Assembly (NCBI GenBank): GCA_029838195.1
Contig: JALGVJ010000003.1
Span: 96,001 to 160,000 of the forward strand
Direction of reading: 5' to 3'
Source of the DNA: Promethearchaeota archaeon
Lineage (GTDB): Archaea > Asgardarchaeota > Lokiarchaeia > Sigyniarchaeales > SOKP01
Length of the DNA: 64,000 nt
A program made the translations under genes and the position numbers. Below are positions 40,489 through 50,215 of this stretch, piece after piece. The notes under the pieces were generated by a model, which saw only the letters and a list, made by a program, of their open reading frames with translations, searched no databases and was not told where the DNA came from. The first letter of the stretch is position 1. The number at the start of each line of letters is the position of its first letter.

Positions 40489-41226
40489 ATGGAAAATATG
40501 CATGTCATGAAACCATTTTTAGTGATTGGTCATAAAGGAGCAAGCAAAACATGCCCTGAAAATACCCTAAAAGCTTTTAAAAAAGCCATTGAACTCAAGG
40601 CAGATTACATTGAATTTGATGTTCATCTTTCCAAGGATAAAAAAATTGTCGTAAGTCATGATCCAGATATTCAAAGAATAACGGGACAGCCAGGAATAAT
40701 AAAAGAAATGACTCTCTCGGAACTAAAACAATTTGATTTTGGAGAAGGAGAACAAATTCCAACTATGGAAGAGGTAATCGAGGTTACTAAAGGTAAAATC
40801 GGATTACAAGTGGAAATAAAAGCGCGAGGTTTGGAAAAACAATTGGTTTCCATTTTAAAAAGAGAAGGATTGATAGAAACGACTATTATATCTTGTTTCA
40901 TTCATTCTAAATTGTTAAAAATTCAAAAATTGGAGCCAAACCTCAAATTGGCTGCTTTAGAACCAGCTATTATTGGAAGAGATGTTTTACCTAGTGATCA
41001 TGAAAAAATAGTAGCAAACGCAGTAAAAAATAACTTTTTTGCGATCCACCCTGAATATAGTTTAATAACTGAAGATTTTATCAAATTATCCCATAAAAAT
41101 GGACTTCGCGTCCATGCGTGGACCGTGAATGATAAGGAAGTAATGAGAAAATTTGTACGCATGGGAATTGATGGTATCATAACTGATGATATTGAAGCTT
41201 TAAAGGATGTATTAAATCGAAAATAA
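40489..41226 (+). CDS. Glycerophosphodiester phosphodiesterase, tandem paralog
   Basis: IGHKGAS..PENT, IEFDV, VSHD and WTVN...GIDGIITD. Confidence 0.95.
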   Translation: MENMHVMKPFLVIGHKGASKTCPENTLKAFKKAIELKADYIEFDVHLSKDKKIVVSHDPDIQRITGQPGIIKEMTLSELKQFDFGEGEQIPTMEEVIEVTKGKIGLQVEIKARGLEKQLVSILKREGLIETTIISCFIHSKLLKIQKLEPNLKLAALEPAIIGRDVLPSDHEKIVANAVKNNFFAIHPEYSLITEDFIKLSHKNGLRVHAWTVNDKEVMRKFVRMGIDGIITDDIEALKDVLNRK

Positions 41227-41446
41227 ATCAATCTTGTTTCTTTATATCCATTCAAGAAAAGTTATAATTTTTTCCAAACTCGAATTCTTTGAGAGATTTT
41301 AACTTATTTTGCTTGCAAAATTTCGAAACAATGATTTTTGCAGTAAAATGAAAAGATTTTCTTTCTATAAGTAAATTTTTTAAGTTACTCCAATTATTTT
41401 TTATCATCAAGCTAAAAAAAAATGTAAAATTGCAGAAGAAAAGAAG

Positions 41447-42961
41447 ATGAGTGAAAAAGTGGACAAAACCATTGATTTTGAGCGATTATTTTATCCCAGA
41501 GCAATTGGAATAATCGGAGCATCTCATAATCCGGCGGGGGGAGGCTATTTTGTTCAATGCATGGAAGGAAAATTTAAAGGGAAGATGTACTTGTTTAATC
41601 CACGGCTAAAAGGACAGAAATTAAACGATTATCCTGTATATGGCTCTATCTTAGAGGTACCGAATAATGAAATCATTGATTACGTGATTTTAGGAGTGCC
41701 CGCCCGATTATGTCCGCAATTATTGGAAGAAGTAGGACAAAAAAAAGTTCCTTTTGCCACAATTTTTGCATCCGGCTTCAGTGAAGTTGGGAGAAAAGAT
41801 CTTGAAAAAGAAGTTTTATCTATTGCGCGAAAATATAATATTAGAATAATTGGACCGAATTGTCTTGGTGTATACAATCCCTCAGCAGGCTTGTATTTCG
41901 GAAGAAATCAATCTAAAAAAGCAGGAAATTTCTCCGGAGTATTTCAATCGGGAGGTTTAGCAGTAAATGTGGCTCAATTGGCTGTCGCTCATGGATGTTA
42001 TGTGAGTAAATTATTATCGATAGGTAATGCGATAGACTTGTCCTATCCTGATTTTCTTGAATATTTTTTACATGACGATAAAACGGCTATTATAGGGCTT
42101 TATCTCGAAAATTTAAAATCACGAGAAAGCGGACGGCGGTTTTTTGAAGCAGCTAAAAATTGTAATTTAAATAGAAAACCCGTGATTTTATGGAAAGTAG
42201 GCTTCGGTGAAAGGACGAGAAAAGCAATTCAATCTCATACGGGCGGATTAGCCGGAGATGCGAGGATTTGGAAAACAGTAGCCAAGCAAACAGGCTGTTG
42301 TCTCGTAGAAAATTCTCTTGAACTAGCTACATTAGCAAGTGCGTTTAAATTGATTAGACTCCCTGCTTCTCGAAATATAGCGCTTATCGGTATTGGTGGA
42401 GGCTCAACGATAGAGGCAGGAGATATTCTTGAGAGATATAATATTAAGATTCCGCAATTAACCGATAAAACCATTCACAAGATGTCCCGATTTTTAAACG
42501 ACGTGAATACAAATCTGACGAATCCCATCGATTTAGGAGCGCAAGGGGCTTTGCCAAATATCTATTACCGCACGATCATAACTCTTGATAAAGATCCAAA
42601 CATTGATGCCATAGTATTCGTAAAAGATCCCGAGAGATTTGGCAAGTTGGAAGAAACACTCATCGGAAAAATGGGTTTTAAGAAGGGACTGGATTTAAAT
42701 AAAGCTTTCATAAAATATATAAGTAAAGCCAAGCGTGTCTGTAAAAAACCGATGATTTGTGTCATGCTTAAAATAAATGAAGGTTTCGAAGAATACAAGA
42801 GCCGATACTACTTCAAATTAAAATTATTAAACAGGAATGTCCCTGTGTTCGAAAATTTTGAACTGGCGGGAAAAATATTAAATCACTTGAATACTTATCG
42901 AGAATTTCTTCAAAAATATGACAAATACCCTAAAAATAATAAATCGAGTTCAAGTAGTTGA
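41447..42961 (+). CDS. Acyl-CoA synthetase (NDP-forming), alpha subunit
   Basis: CoA-binding IIGAS, IIGPNCLG, QSGG, SIGN..D, phospho-His SHTGGLAG and NPIDL. Confidence 0.9.
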   Translation: MSEKVDKTIDFERLFYPRAIGIIGASHNPAGGGYFVQCMEGKFKGKMYLFNPRLKGQKLNDYPVYGSILEVPNNEIIDYVILGVPARLCPQLLEEVGQKKVPFATIFASGFSEVGRKDLEKEVLSIARKYNIRIIGPNCLGVYNPSAGLYFGRNQSKKAGNFSGVFQSGGLAVNVAQLAVAHGCYVSKLLSIGNAIDLSYPDFLEYFLHDDKTAIIGLYLENLKSRESGRRFFEAAKNCNLNRKPVILWKVGFGERTRKAIQSHTGGLAGDARIWKTVAKQTGCCLVENSLELATLASAFKLIRLPASRNIALIGIGGGSTIEAGDILERYNIKIPQLTDKTIHKMSRFLNDVNTNLTNPIDLGAQGALPNIYYRTIITLDKDPNIDAIVFVKDPERFGKLEETLIGKMGFKKGLDLNKAFIKYISKAKRVCKKPMICVMLKINEGFEEYKSRYYFKLKLLNRNVPVFENFELAGKILNHLNTYREFLQKYDKYPKNNKSSSSS

Positions 42962-42962
42962 T

Positions 42963-43778
42963 CTAATCTGCTTTATTTATTAAATTTTTAAAGGGTTTTC
43001 CCGGACTTCCTTGATAGTAGAATTCATTTGGCACGCCTCTCCAATTTTTATGGAGAACTGTATTCGGATATATGACATGATTAGCCTCAGTTTCCGCGCC
43101 TGGCCCAACAATTATTCCGGGATATAAAATGGTTTTTTTATCTAATTTTACCTCCAGCAAGGTGAGTTTTCCAAAAATAGAGTTAACCTCATGAGAAGAT
43201 ATAGCAGAAGTGGGATAAATAAAAACGTCATCTTCAATATGAGTGAATTCTAATCCATAGTAGCAGTCCTCATACACTACATTTTTTCCAATTTTATTAT
43301 GGCCAATCCTCCGTAGAGCTCTTTTCACGAGCCAGGGAAAGGGAGATTTAGACGTGATCCAGACGGGATATTTAATGATAAATCCTCTTTTATGATAATA
43401 TACTAATAATTGTCCTATTTCGCTATTTTTATCGGTCAAGATTCTTTGGAAAACGCCTTGTTTTGGAGGAGATTTACGATTCCAATAATTCACCCAAATT
43501 CTACACGTTTCAATTAAAATCACCATGTAAAGATAATATAAAAATAAAAAAAAAGGAGGCAAGAGTAAAAAATGAATTTGCACTGGTATGGAAAATAATC
43601 GAATGAAATAATATTCAAATAATAAAAATACGGCTAGGCAACCATATAAAGGTACAGAAAACGTGATGAGATTAATTTTTAAGAAATCATGAAGGGGTAA
43701 TTTAAAAGATTTTTCTTGGTTTCTTTCTGCCGATACGTGTTTCTCTTTTTCTCCCTTTACTTCCTTCATGAAAATCAT
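42963..43778 (-). CDS. Membrane protein with a left-handed beta-helix (hexapeptide acyltransferase-like) domain
   Basis: Two N-terminal TM helices, then G.KIGKNV..., IEDDVFIYPTSAISSH, ILYPGIIVGPGA and YQGSPG. Confidence 0.65.
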   Translation of the reverse strand: MIFMKEVKGEKEKHVSAERNQEKSFKLPLHDFLKINLITFSVPLYGCLAVFLLFEYYFIRLFSIPVQIHFLLLPPFFLFLYYLYMVILIETCRIWVNYWNRKSPPKQGVFQRILTDKNSEIGQLLVYYHKRGFIIKYPVWITSKSPFPWLVKRALRRIGHNKIGKNVVYEDCYYGLEFTHIEDDVFIYPTSAISSHEVNSIFGKLTLLEVKLDKKTILYPGIIVGPGAETEANHVIYPNTVLHKNWRGVPNEFYYQGSPGKPFKNLINKAD

Positions 43779-43918
43779 TTTTAATCTGTTAGTAAAATTA
43801 ACTTAATTCAAGGTTAAATAATTTGCTAAAATTTTTCAAATGAATTAAAGAGAAAAGATAAGATTTCCTTCCTTCATGAAAAGTTAATTAAAGGCCAAGA
43901 TTTAATAATAATTAACTC

Positions 43919-44938
43919 ATGGCTTCCGAAGTTAATTTGATCACGGTGGTTGTTGGAATCATTTTAGCCTTAATAACCACGTTCTGCTTCAATTTAGCCA
44001 TTGTCTTTCAAAAAAAAGGGTTAAGTGAAGGAATGCGATTAGGATATGAGGTAAATTTTGAAAAAGGGCTAAAAAATATTTTACAATCCTTTAAGGGGTT
44101 ATTAAGAATTAGATCATGGTTGTTTGGGACTATTTTAGGAATTATTGGATGGTTTCCTTACATTATATCCATCGGAATGATTGGAATTATCATTACAGAA
44201 CCCGTAATGGCCACAGGATTTATTGTATTTGTAGTTGCGGCAAATCTTCTTTTAAATGAAAAAGTAGGAATTTTAGAATATATTGCTATTGCCATGTTAA
44301 CTTTTTCTCCCGTTCTCATTGGATTTTCAGGAATTTCGGACCCAGCTTTTGACTTAGTTGAGTTTGCTCCTAAGTTGCTCCTTTTTTTAACCCTAACCGT
44401 ATCTCTCAGTATTTTTTTATTATTATTTTCAAAAAAAATTAATAACGAAAATATTAAAGCCTTGATGGTAATGTTTGGTGGGGCAATATTATTCGCTTTA
44501 GGAGGAGTTTTTACCAATATACTTGCTCAAGCGTTCATTCAAGCAAACATCCAAATCACTTGGTACTCTCTTTTTGAAACTTCTTTTGCTATAATTTGGT
44601 TTTTTATGTTTTCTTCTTTAGCGCATTTATGGGTATTTCTAGGACTATGGGGCATGATTATATTTAACGTGTCGAGCATTCCCTTTTACCAAGGAGGTTT
44701 TCAAAAAGGAAAAGCTCTTATCATGTATCCGATTTTAGATTCCATCGCATTATTGCTTCCAATATTAGCGGGAATATTCGTGTTTAATCAAATATTTTTA
44801 AAACCCGTATTTTTTTTTATTGCTCTTCTCTTTATTATAATTGGAACCGCTATCCTAAGCAAATATCAAGTAGCAATTGAACAATTGTACGCGCCTTCTG
44901 GGATAAATATTGATGAAAATGAATTAACAAAAGGTTAA
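43919..44938 (+). CDS. DMT-superfamily transporter (NIPA Mg2+ transporter-like)
   Basis: About 9 TM; CFNLAIVFQKKG, W.FG, L.EKVG..E. Confidence 0.75.
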   Translation: MASEVNLITVVVGIILALITTFCFNLAIVFQKKGLSEGMRLGYEVNFEKGLKNILQSFKGLLRIRSWLFGTILGIIGWFPYIISIGMIGIIITEPVMATGFIVFVVAANLLLNEKVGILEYIAIAMLTFSPVLIGFSGISDPAFDLVEFAPKLLLFLTLTVSLSIFLLLFSKKINNENIKALMVMFGGAILFALGGVFTNILAQAFIQANIQITWYSLFETSFAIIWFFMFSSLAHLWVFLGLWGMIIFNVSSIPFYQGGFQKGKALIMYPILDSIALLLPILAGIFVFNQIFLKPVFFFIALLFIIIGTAILSKYQVAIEQLYAPSGINIDENELTKG

Positions 44939-45013
44939 CCGTGAGATATGAGACGAAAAATCGTGAGGAAATAATGAATAATACCATGTATTTAAATACC
45001 GCTAAATGAAGTC

Positions 45014-45970
45014 ATGATGATGTTTGACCAACAAATTGTTTTAGGTATCATGCTCGCAATTATTGCAGCATTTTGTTTTAATTTTGCAATTATTCTTCAA
45101 AAAATGGGATTGAATCAAGTACCCATCATTGATCTTGGAAAAAACTTGAAAAATCTTCTTATGTCCGTAAAACTTTTATTTTGCAATAAATCTTGGCTGG
45201 CGGGATTTTTATTGGGCATCTTTGGATGGTTTTTTTATGTAATTGCTATTTCGCTAGTAAGTATTTTAGTTGTTACTCCCATAATTAGTATCGGATTAAT
45301 TATTTTCGTGTTTGCAGCTTGGACAATTTTAAAGGAAAAAATTGGTTTAAAAGAAATGATAGCAATTATCATGCTCATTCTAGCGACCATATTCTTAACG
45401 CAAGCAAAAATTTCTCAGGTCTCAATCGATTTATTATCTATAGCTTTTCCATTCTTAATTTACACGATTATAATGATTATTATTTGCATTATTTTTTTCA
45501 TATTATCCCGAATTTATAAAGAAACTAAAGTGGAGGGCATTTTTTTAATTTTTATAGGAGCAATTTTCTATTCTCAAGGAATCTTATTTACCAATATTTT
45601 TACTCAAGCTTTATTTGACACCGGGATTAATCCCATCTATTTTTGGGAGATTCTTTTTGGTTTTATTTATTTAGATACGCACGCATGGGTTGTTCTTAGC
45701 TTTTATAGCATGATTTTTTTCAATGGGAGTTCTATTCTCTTTTATCAGGCGGGACTTCAAAAAAATAAAGCCATTTCCATGTATCCCATTTTCAATTCCA
45801 TTACGGTGGTTTTACCGATTTTTGGGGGTTTATTCATTTTCCACCAGAGATTCGAAAACAATATCCTTTTTCTCATCTCTTTTATATTAATACTTATTAG
45901 TACGTTCATATTAAGTAAATTCCAAGCCACATTCGAGAACCTTAAACAAATCTCTAAAGAAACGAATTAA
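45014..45970 (+). CDS. DMT-superfamily transporter (NIPA-like), tandem paralog
   Basis: CFNFAIILQKMG, WLAG, LVVTPI and LKEKIG..E. Confidence 0.75.
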   Translation: MMMFDQQIVLGIMLAIIAAFCFNFAIILQKMGLNQVPIIDLGKNLKNLLMSVKLLFCNKSWLAGFLLGIFGWFFYVIAISLVSILVVTPIISIGLIIFVFAAWTILKEKIGLKEMIAIIMLILATIFLTQAKISQVSIDLLSIAFPFLIYTIIMIIICIIFFILSRIYKETKVEGIFLIFIGAIFYSQGILFTNIFTQALFDTGINPIYFWEILFGFIYLDTHAWVVLSFYSMIFFNGSSILFYQAGLQKNKAISMYPIFNSITVVLPIFGGLFIFHQRFENNILFLISFILILISTFILSKFQATFENLKQISKETN

Positions 45971-46025
45971 ATCTTTTAATCAAGAGACTAATCCAAAAAA
46001 AATTGGATTAATTTTGAAAAAAAAT

Positions 46026-46865
46026 TTAATTTTTTAAAAATTTAATGATGTGCTCGTTAATTTCAGGCGCTCTTTCCTTAGGAGAATCGTGTCCTGCCCC
46101 TTTAATTACCACGAGTTCGCTGTTAGGAATTTTCTCGTGAATTTTTTCATTCATTACTTTCGGGGTTTGTCTGTCTTTATCGGCACATATTATTAATGTT
46201 GGAGTTTTGACCTTGCTAAGATCCTCTAATACATTATAATTACCTAATGCATGCGTCTGATTAATGATATCTTGAGGCGTAGAAGGATTAATAGTAGATT
46301 CTTTTATTAAATCTTCGGCGGAAAAGAGCCCATGAAATACTTTCTTGGGATCCTCTCTCATCATTTTAAGAAATTGCCTGCTAAATCCCATTTTTGCCTT
46401 TTCAAAAAAAGTGCCAACAGGATCCTTTAAACGAGCATGATACGATTCAATTTGACTATTCTTATACATTTCTAAACCAGATTTATCCGCAGGCCAACTA
46501 GGCAGCGTGTTAATTAAAACGGCTTTCTTAACTTTTTCCGGATAAAGAATCAGAAATTTTTGCACAATCATTCCTCCTAAACTCCAACCAACAATATGAG
46601 CTTTTGGAATATTTAAAGCATCCATTAACCCGGCTAGATCATCAGCAAACATTTCCATCGTATAAGGCTGATTGGGCCGATCGGATTTTCCAGCCCCACG
46701 ATTATCAAATCTAATTACTTTAAAATGTTTAGAAAGAGGTTCAAACTGCCCGACCCACACTTCTTTTTTAGCTCCGAAACCGTGAACGAGAAATAAAGGT
46801 TCTCCTTCACCTTTTATCTCGTAGCAAATTTTTATTCCATTAACTTCTACGAATGATTCCGACAT
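46026..46865 (-). CDS. Alpha/beta hydrolase
   Basis: HGFG, FDNRGAGKS, nucleophile elbow GWSLGG, D (DKDR) and H (GAGH). Confidence 0.95.
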   Translation of the reverse strand: MSESFVEVNGIKICYEIKGEGEPLFLVHGFGAKKEVWVGQFEPLSKHFKVIRFDNRGAGKSDRPNQPYTMEMFADDLAGLMDALNIPKAHIVGWSLGGMIVQKFLILYPEKVKKAVLINTLPSWPADKSGLEMYKNSQIESYHARLKDPVGTFFEKAKMGFSRQFLKMMREDPKKVFHGLFSAEDLIKESTINPSTPQDIINQTHALGNYNVLEDLSKVKTPTLIICADKDRQTPKVMNEKIHEKIPNSELVVIKGAGHDSPKERAPEINEHIIKFLKN

Positions 46866-47074
46866 ATTTTAGTTAATACGAAATAATATATATATTTATT
46901 AATATAGACTTGCAGAAATTTTTATACTTTTTATAAGGCGAACGGATATATATAGGGGCTGCCCCACCACCAGAATTAACAGATCCGCTTATCATTTTAC
47001 AATTATGAAATTTAGGTGGTTATTGTCGTACTTTTTTTAGGTTTCATGTGAAATGGGAGAAAAAAATAGAAAAA

Positions 47075-47515
47075 TTATCCTAAAAAATCAGAGAAAAATT
47101 CCAGAATATTCAATAATTTGTTGGTTTTTAAATCCATGGCAAATCGGGTGGCTTTTACAACCGCTACTATTTTTCCATCAGATTCTCGAGAAAGTTCATG
47201 GTAAAAAGTCATGGATTTATTCCCTATTTTCTCGATATTCGTAAGGACTACAATATAATCTCCAAAAGATGCCGGATATTCATAGGTAATATCCACGTGT
47301 TTCACGCCTAAAGCTATACCTTCATGAATTAATTGTTCAACGGGCTTTTTTCCACCCAATGAATTCATGAAACTGACAAATCCGTCATCGAAATATACCA
47401 TGTAGTTTTTGAAATGAACTATGCCCATTGCATCGGTATCATTGAATCTTACTTTCACTTTTGTGATGTCTTGATGCTCCAAGAGCTTAGTTTCTAAACC
47501 AAGCAATTTAATCAA
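47075..47515 (-). CDS. Hot-dog-fold acyl-CoA thioesterase (YbgC/4HBT family); start codon uncertain
   Basis: VRFNDTDAMGIVHFKNY..YFD and Y..PA.FGD. Confidence 0.85.
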   Translation of the reverse strand: MIKLLGLETKLLEHQDITKVKVRFNDTDAMGIVHFKNYMVYFDDGFVSFMNSLGGKKPVEQLIHEGIALGVKHVDITYEYPASFGDYIVVLTNIEKIGNKSMTFYHELSRESDGKIVAVVKATRFAMDLKTNKLLNILEFFSDFLG

Positions 47516-47601
47516 AATTAATTAATTGTTATTTAGTTTTATAATTTTCTTCTTCCAAAATCTAACGACCAAATCAATCTCATTTAATTGTTAATTAAAG
47601 A

Positions 47602-47839
47602 ATCAAATATAATTCACCTAAAAATCTTATAAAGGGGGTCAAATTGCTCCATCCATGCTATTTTTAGCTTCCGAAACCATGTAACTAAAATTAACGATTC
47701 TCCTTCACCTTTTATTTCATGACAAATTTCTATTCCATTAACGTTTGCGAATGATTCCGTGAATTTTTAGATAATCTGGAATAGTTTTTATAGCATGATT
47801 ATAAAATTTCTGGAAAATTTTTTTATATTTTTTCGAGGC
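47602..47839 (-). pseudogene. Decayed duplicate of the 5' end and upstream region of the alpha/beta hydrolase (direct repeat of 46704-46939)
   Basis: Translates as TESFANVNGIEICHEIKGEGESLILV...GFGS...WMEQFDPL against SESFVEVNGIKICYEIKGEGEPLFLVHGFGA...WVGQFEPL. The ATG is lost and there are indels. Confidence 0.85.
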
Positions 47840-47854
47840 TTTATTATTTCCGTG

Positions 47855-50209
47855 TTATTTTTCATGAGAAATAATTGGAGGAGGTTTCAATTTTAAGAAG
47901 GAAAAATTTTCCAGAATGTTATTTAAATCTTCTTGAGTAACAACAATTTTCTGGCCCTCTCCATCTTTATTAGTTGAGATTTTAGTATTTAAACTTTTTT
48001 CTATGATAATATTTCCATAATAATTGTGATTTAATTGCGTGATATCATACTTATTATTTTTGAGTTTAATTATTTTCTTATTTTCTAAATCGATTTTTAA
48101 TTCATTAATTATTTTTATTGTAAACTTGCGGAAAGAATAAAACCTTTTCAAGTTTTTAATATTAATTGCATGAAAATCTCCTTTTTTAACGAATTCTATT
48201 AATTTTTTAACAATGAAATTCTTAAAATCTAATCTAAGTTCTTCCAAATTATTTCGTATTAAAGATTTCTTTTTAAAATTGTTTAACACGTGCTTTTTCT
48301 TAAAAATGGAAGCGTAATGTTCAAAACCAAGCATCATCAAGATCTTATTCTTATTTCCTTTTTTAGTAATTAATTTCTGATATAATTCATTTAATTCTTT
48401 CTTAATCCTCGTGCGGACAAATTCAATAATGATTTTTCTCACTTCTTCTTTCTTAGGTAAAATACTTTCTTGAAAAAAATGTTGGAGCTGTTCTATTGCA
48501 TCCATTTCATCTATCTTAAAATTCTTCATGTCTTGAATGATTTGAAAAGGAAATTGAGAAGTTATAAATTCCATTCCATCCCATACCAAGTTGAGAGCGG
48601 TTGGTAAATTAACTCTTATGGAAGGCCGCAATATTTTTATGCCATTACCTTTTATTGCTACCGGCTTTTTAAAACATAGAGTTAAATCAAAAGGCTTAAT
48701 CTGATTTGTTAAAGGATGGGTATCATCAGGTATAATAAAACCTTCATGGAATTGACAGATATAGCTACCTAATAAGGGAATTTTTGCTAAATCCCATTCA
48801 ACTAAAATAAGATCCTCTAAATTTTTAACATTTAATTGGAAGTTTAATTCGTCATCATGAGATTCGAATACAATATTTTTTATTTTTGGTTCTTCTTCTC
48901 CCCAAAATGCCTTTATCTTATGTGGCAGCGGATTATTGCTATTAAAAATGGTTTTAAATACGGGGTAATTTTGAATAAAATCCTCCTCAGAAATATATTC
49001 TAAGTGATGTCTTTCAATTCCACATTTTTCTAATACGTAATAATGCAATGGAGGCTCTTTACGATACGGATTGGTCCATAGAATGGATGGAAAATTATAT
49101 TTCTTTTTAAATTTTAATTCTCGGAGAGAGTCTTTTTTTTGATTAGAAATTACTAAAGATCGTAAGAACGCATGTTTTTGATTTAATCCTTTTAAAAAAA
49201 GCCCATTTAATTGAACTTTATAATCACTCAATTTTTTTTGAAGGTTAGGTAAATGAGGAAAATTGCATTCTCTTGAAATCCTTTCAAAGATTTCGACATT
49301 TTCCAATGACTCCATGTTTAATATAGATTCATTAAACTCTTGAAGGGTCATGTTAGATATTTGTTGAAAAAGTTCATTATCATCCTTGACATTCAAGTTT
49401 GCGAAAAATGATGGTAATTTGATGATTGGTGCGAATTCATGTAAAAAATAAAATTTTAAAATTTTGTTCGAAAATCCACTTTTTTTAAACTCGTTTAAAA
49501 GAAGTTTTTTTTCCTTATCGGGCAGCGTTTTAAAAAAGGGTTTGATATTGCTTAAAATCAAAAATTGCTTCTTAAAATCATGATCCATTAAAGATTTAAA
49601 AATAATTTTAATGGAATCTTCGATTTGTTCCGCTTGGGACTCAATTAATTTTGGATGTTCATTCAAAATTTGTAAATATTTTGTGAATAATTGATTTTGA
49701 AATGCAATTTGTAAAATGTTATTTAATAGGGTCGTATCCTTAGAAATGTTATATGCCCGTTCAAAACAATCAATTGCTTCAGTAAAATTTTTACTATCCA
49801 ATAATCGTCTCGCTCTTAAAAGATAATTATTAACCTTGCTCTCTTTTACACTACTATAATTAGATGTAAAATAAATGTGTTGATTACATATTTGAGAACA
49901 TAATTTTGGTTCTAAAACTAATAATAATTTTACCACGTGTTTACAATATCTATTACCTTTTTCAAAATCGGGGCAATCATGAACGAGAGTAAAATTTTTA
50001 TCGGTTTCATTCTGAGATACATGAATGATATATTTCGAAGTGCCAGAACCTTGAATTGTAGCAGAAATAGAAATCAAGGGCTCTTCTTGAATTGTTAAAT
50101 CAATAATATTTTTATTGGGGATGCTTTTTCCCCGACTCAGTCGTGCCCCTCTTACTAGACGCTTAAAATATTGCAAATTTTCATAATGATTTTTAATTTC
50201 CATGTTCAT
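47855..50209 (-). CDS. SWIM zinc-finger protein with a TPR-like repeat and a large uncharacterised C-terminal region
   Basis: RG...ATIQGSG..KY.I...HDCPDF...YCKHVVKLLL (SWIM), then a TPR-like ARRLLDSKNFTEAIDCFERAY. Confidence 0.8.
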   Translation of the reverse strand: MNMEIKNHYENLQYFKRLVRGARLSRGKSIPNKNIIDLTIQEEPLISISATIQGSGTSKYIIHVSQNETDKNFTLVHDCPDFEKGNRYCKHVVKLLLVLEPKLCSQICNQHIYFTSNYSSVKESKVNNYLLRARRLLDSKNFTEAIDCFERAYNISKDTTLLNNILQIAFQNQLFTKYLQILNEHPKLIESQAEQIEDSIKIIFKSLMDHDFKKQFLILSNIKPFFKTLPDKEKKLLLNEFKKSGFSNKILKFYFLHEFAPIIKLPSFFANLNVKDDNELFQQISNMTLQEFNESILNMESLENVEIFERISRECNFPHLPNLQKKLSDYKVQLNGLFLKGLNQKHAFLRSLVISNQKKDSLRELKFKKKYNFPSILWTNPYRKEPPLHYYVLEKCGIERHHLEYISEEDFIQNYPVFKTIFNSNNPLPHKIKAFWGEEEPKIKNIVFESHDDELNFQLNVKNLEDLILVEWDLAKIPLLGSYICQFHEGFIIPDDTHPLTNQIKPFDLTLCFKKPVAIKGNGIKILRPSIRVNLPTALNLVWDGMEFITSQFPFQIIQDMKNFKIDEMDAIEQLQHFFQESILPKKEEVRKIIIEFVRTRIKKELNELYQKLITKKGNKNKILMMLGFEHYASIFKKKHVLNNFKKKSLIRNNLEELRLDFKNFIVKKLIEFVKKGDFHAINIKNLKRFYSFRKFTIKIINELKIDLENKKIIKLKNNKYDITQLNHNYYGNIIIEKSLNTKISTNKDGEGQKIVVTQEDLNNILENFSFLKLKPPPIISHEK

Positions 50210-50215
50210 GCTTGA

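Noticed and set aside
46940-46990. GC-rich patch as a possible tRNA or small RNA gene
   Set aside because: It is too short and has no cloverleaf or T-loop consensus. It is kept only as a low-interest palindrome note.
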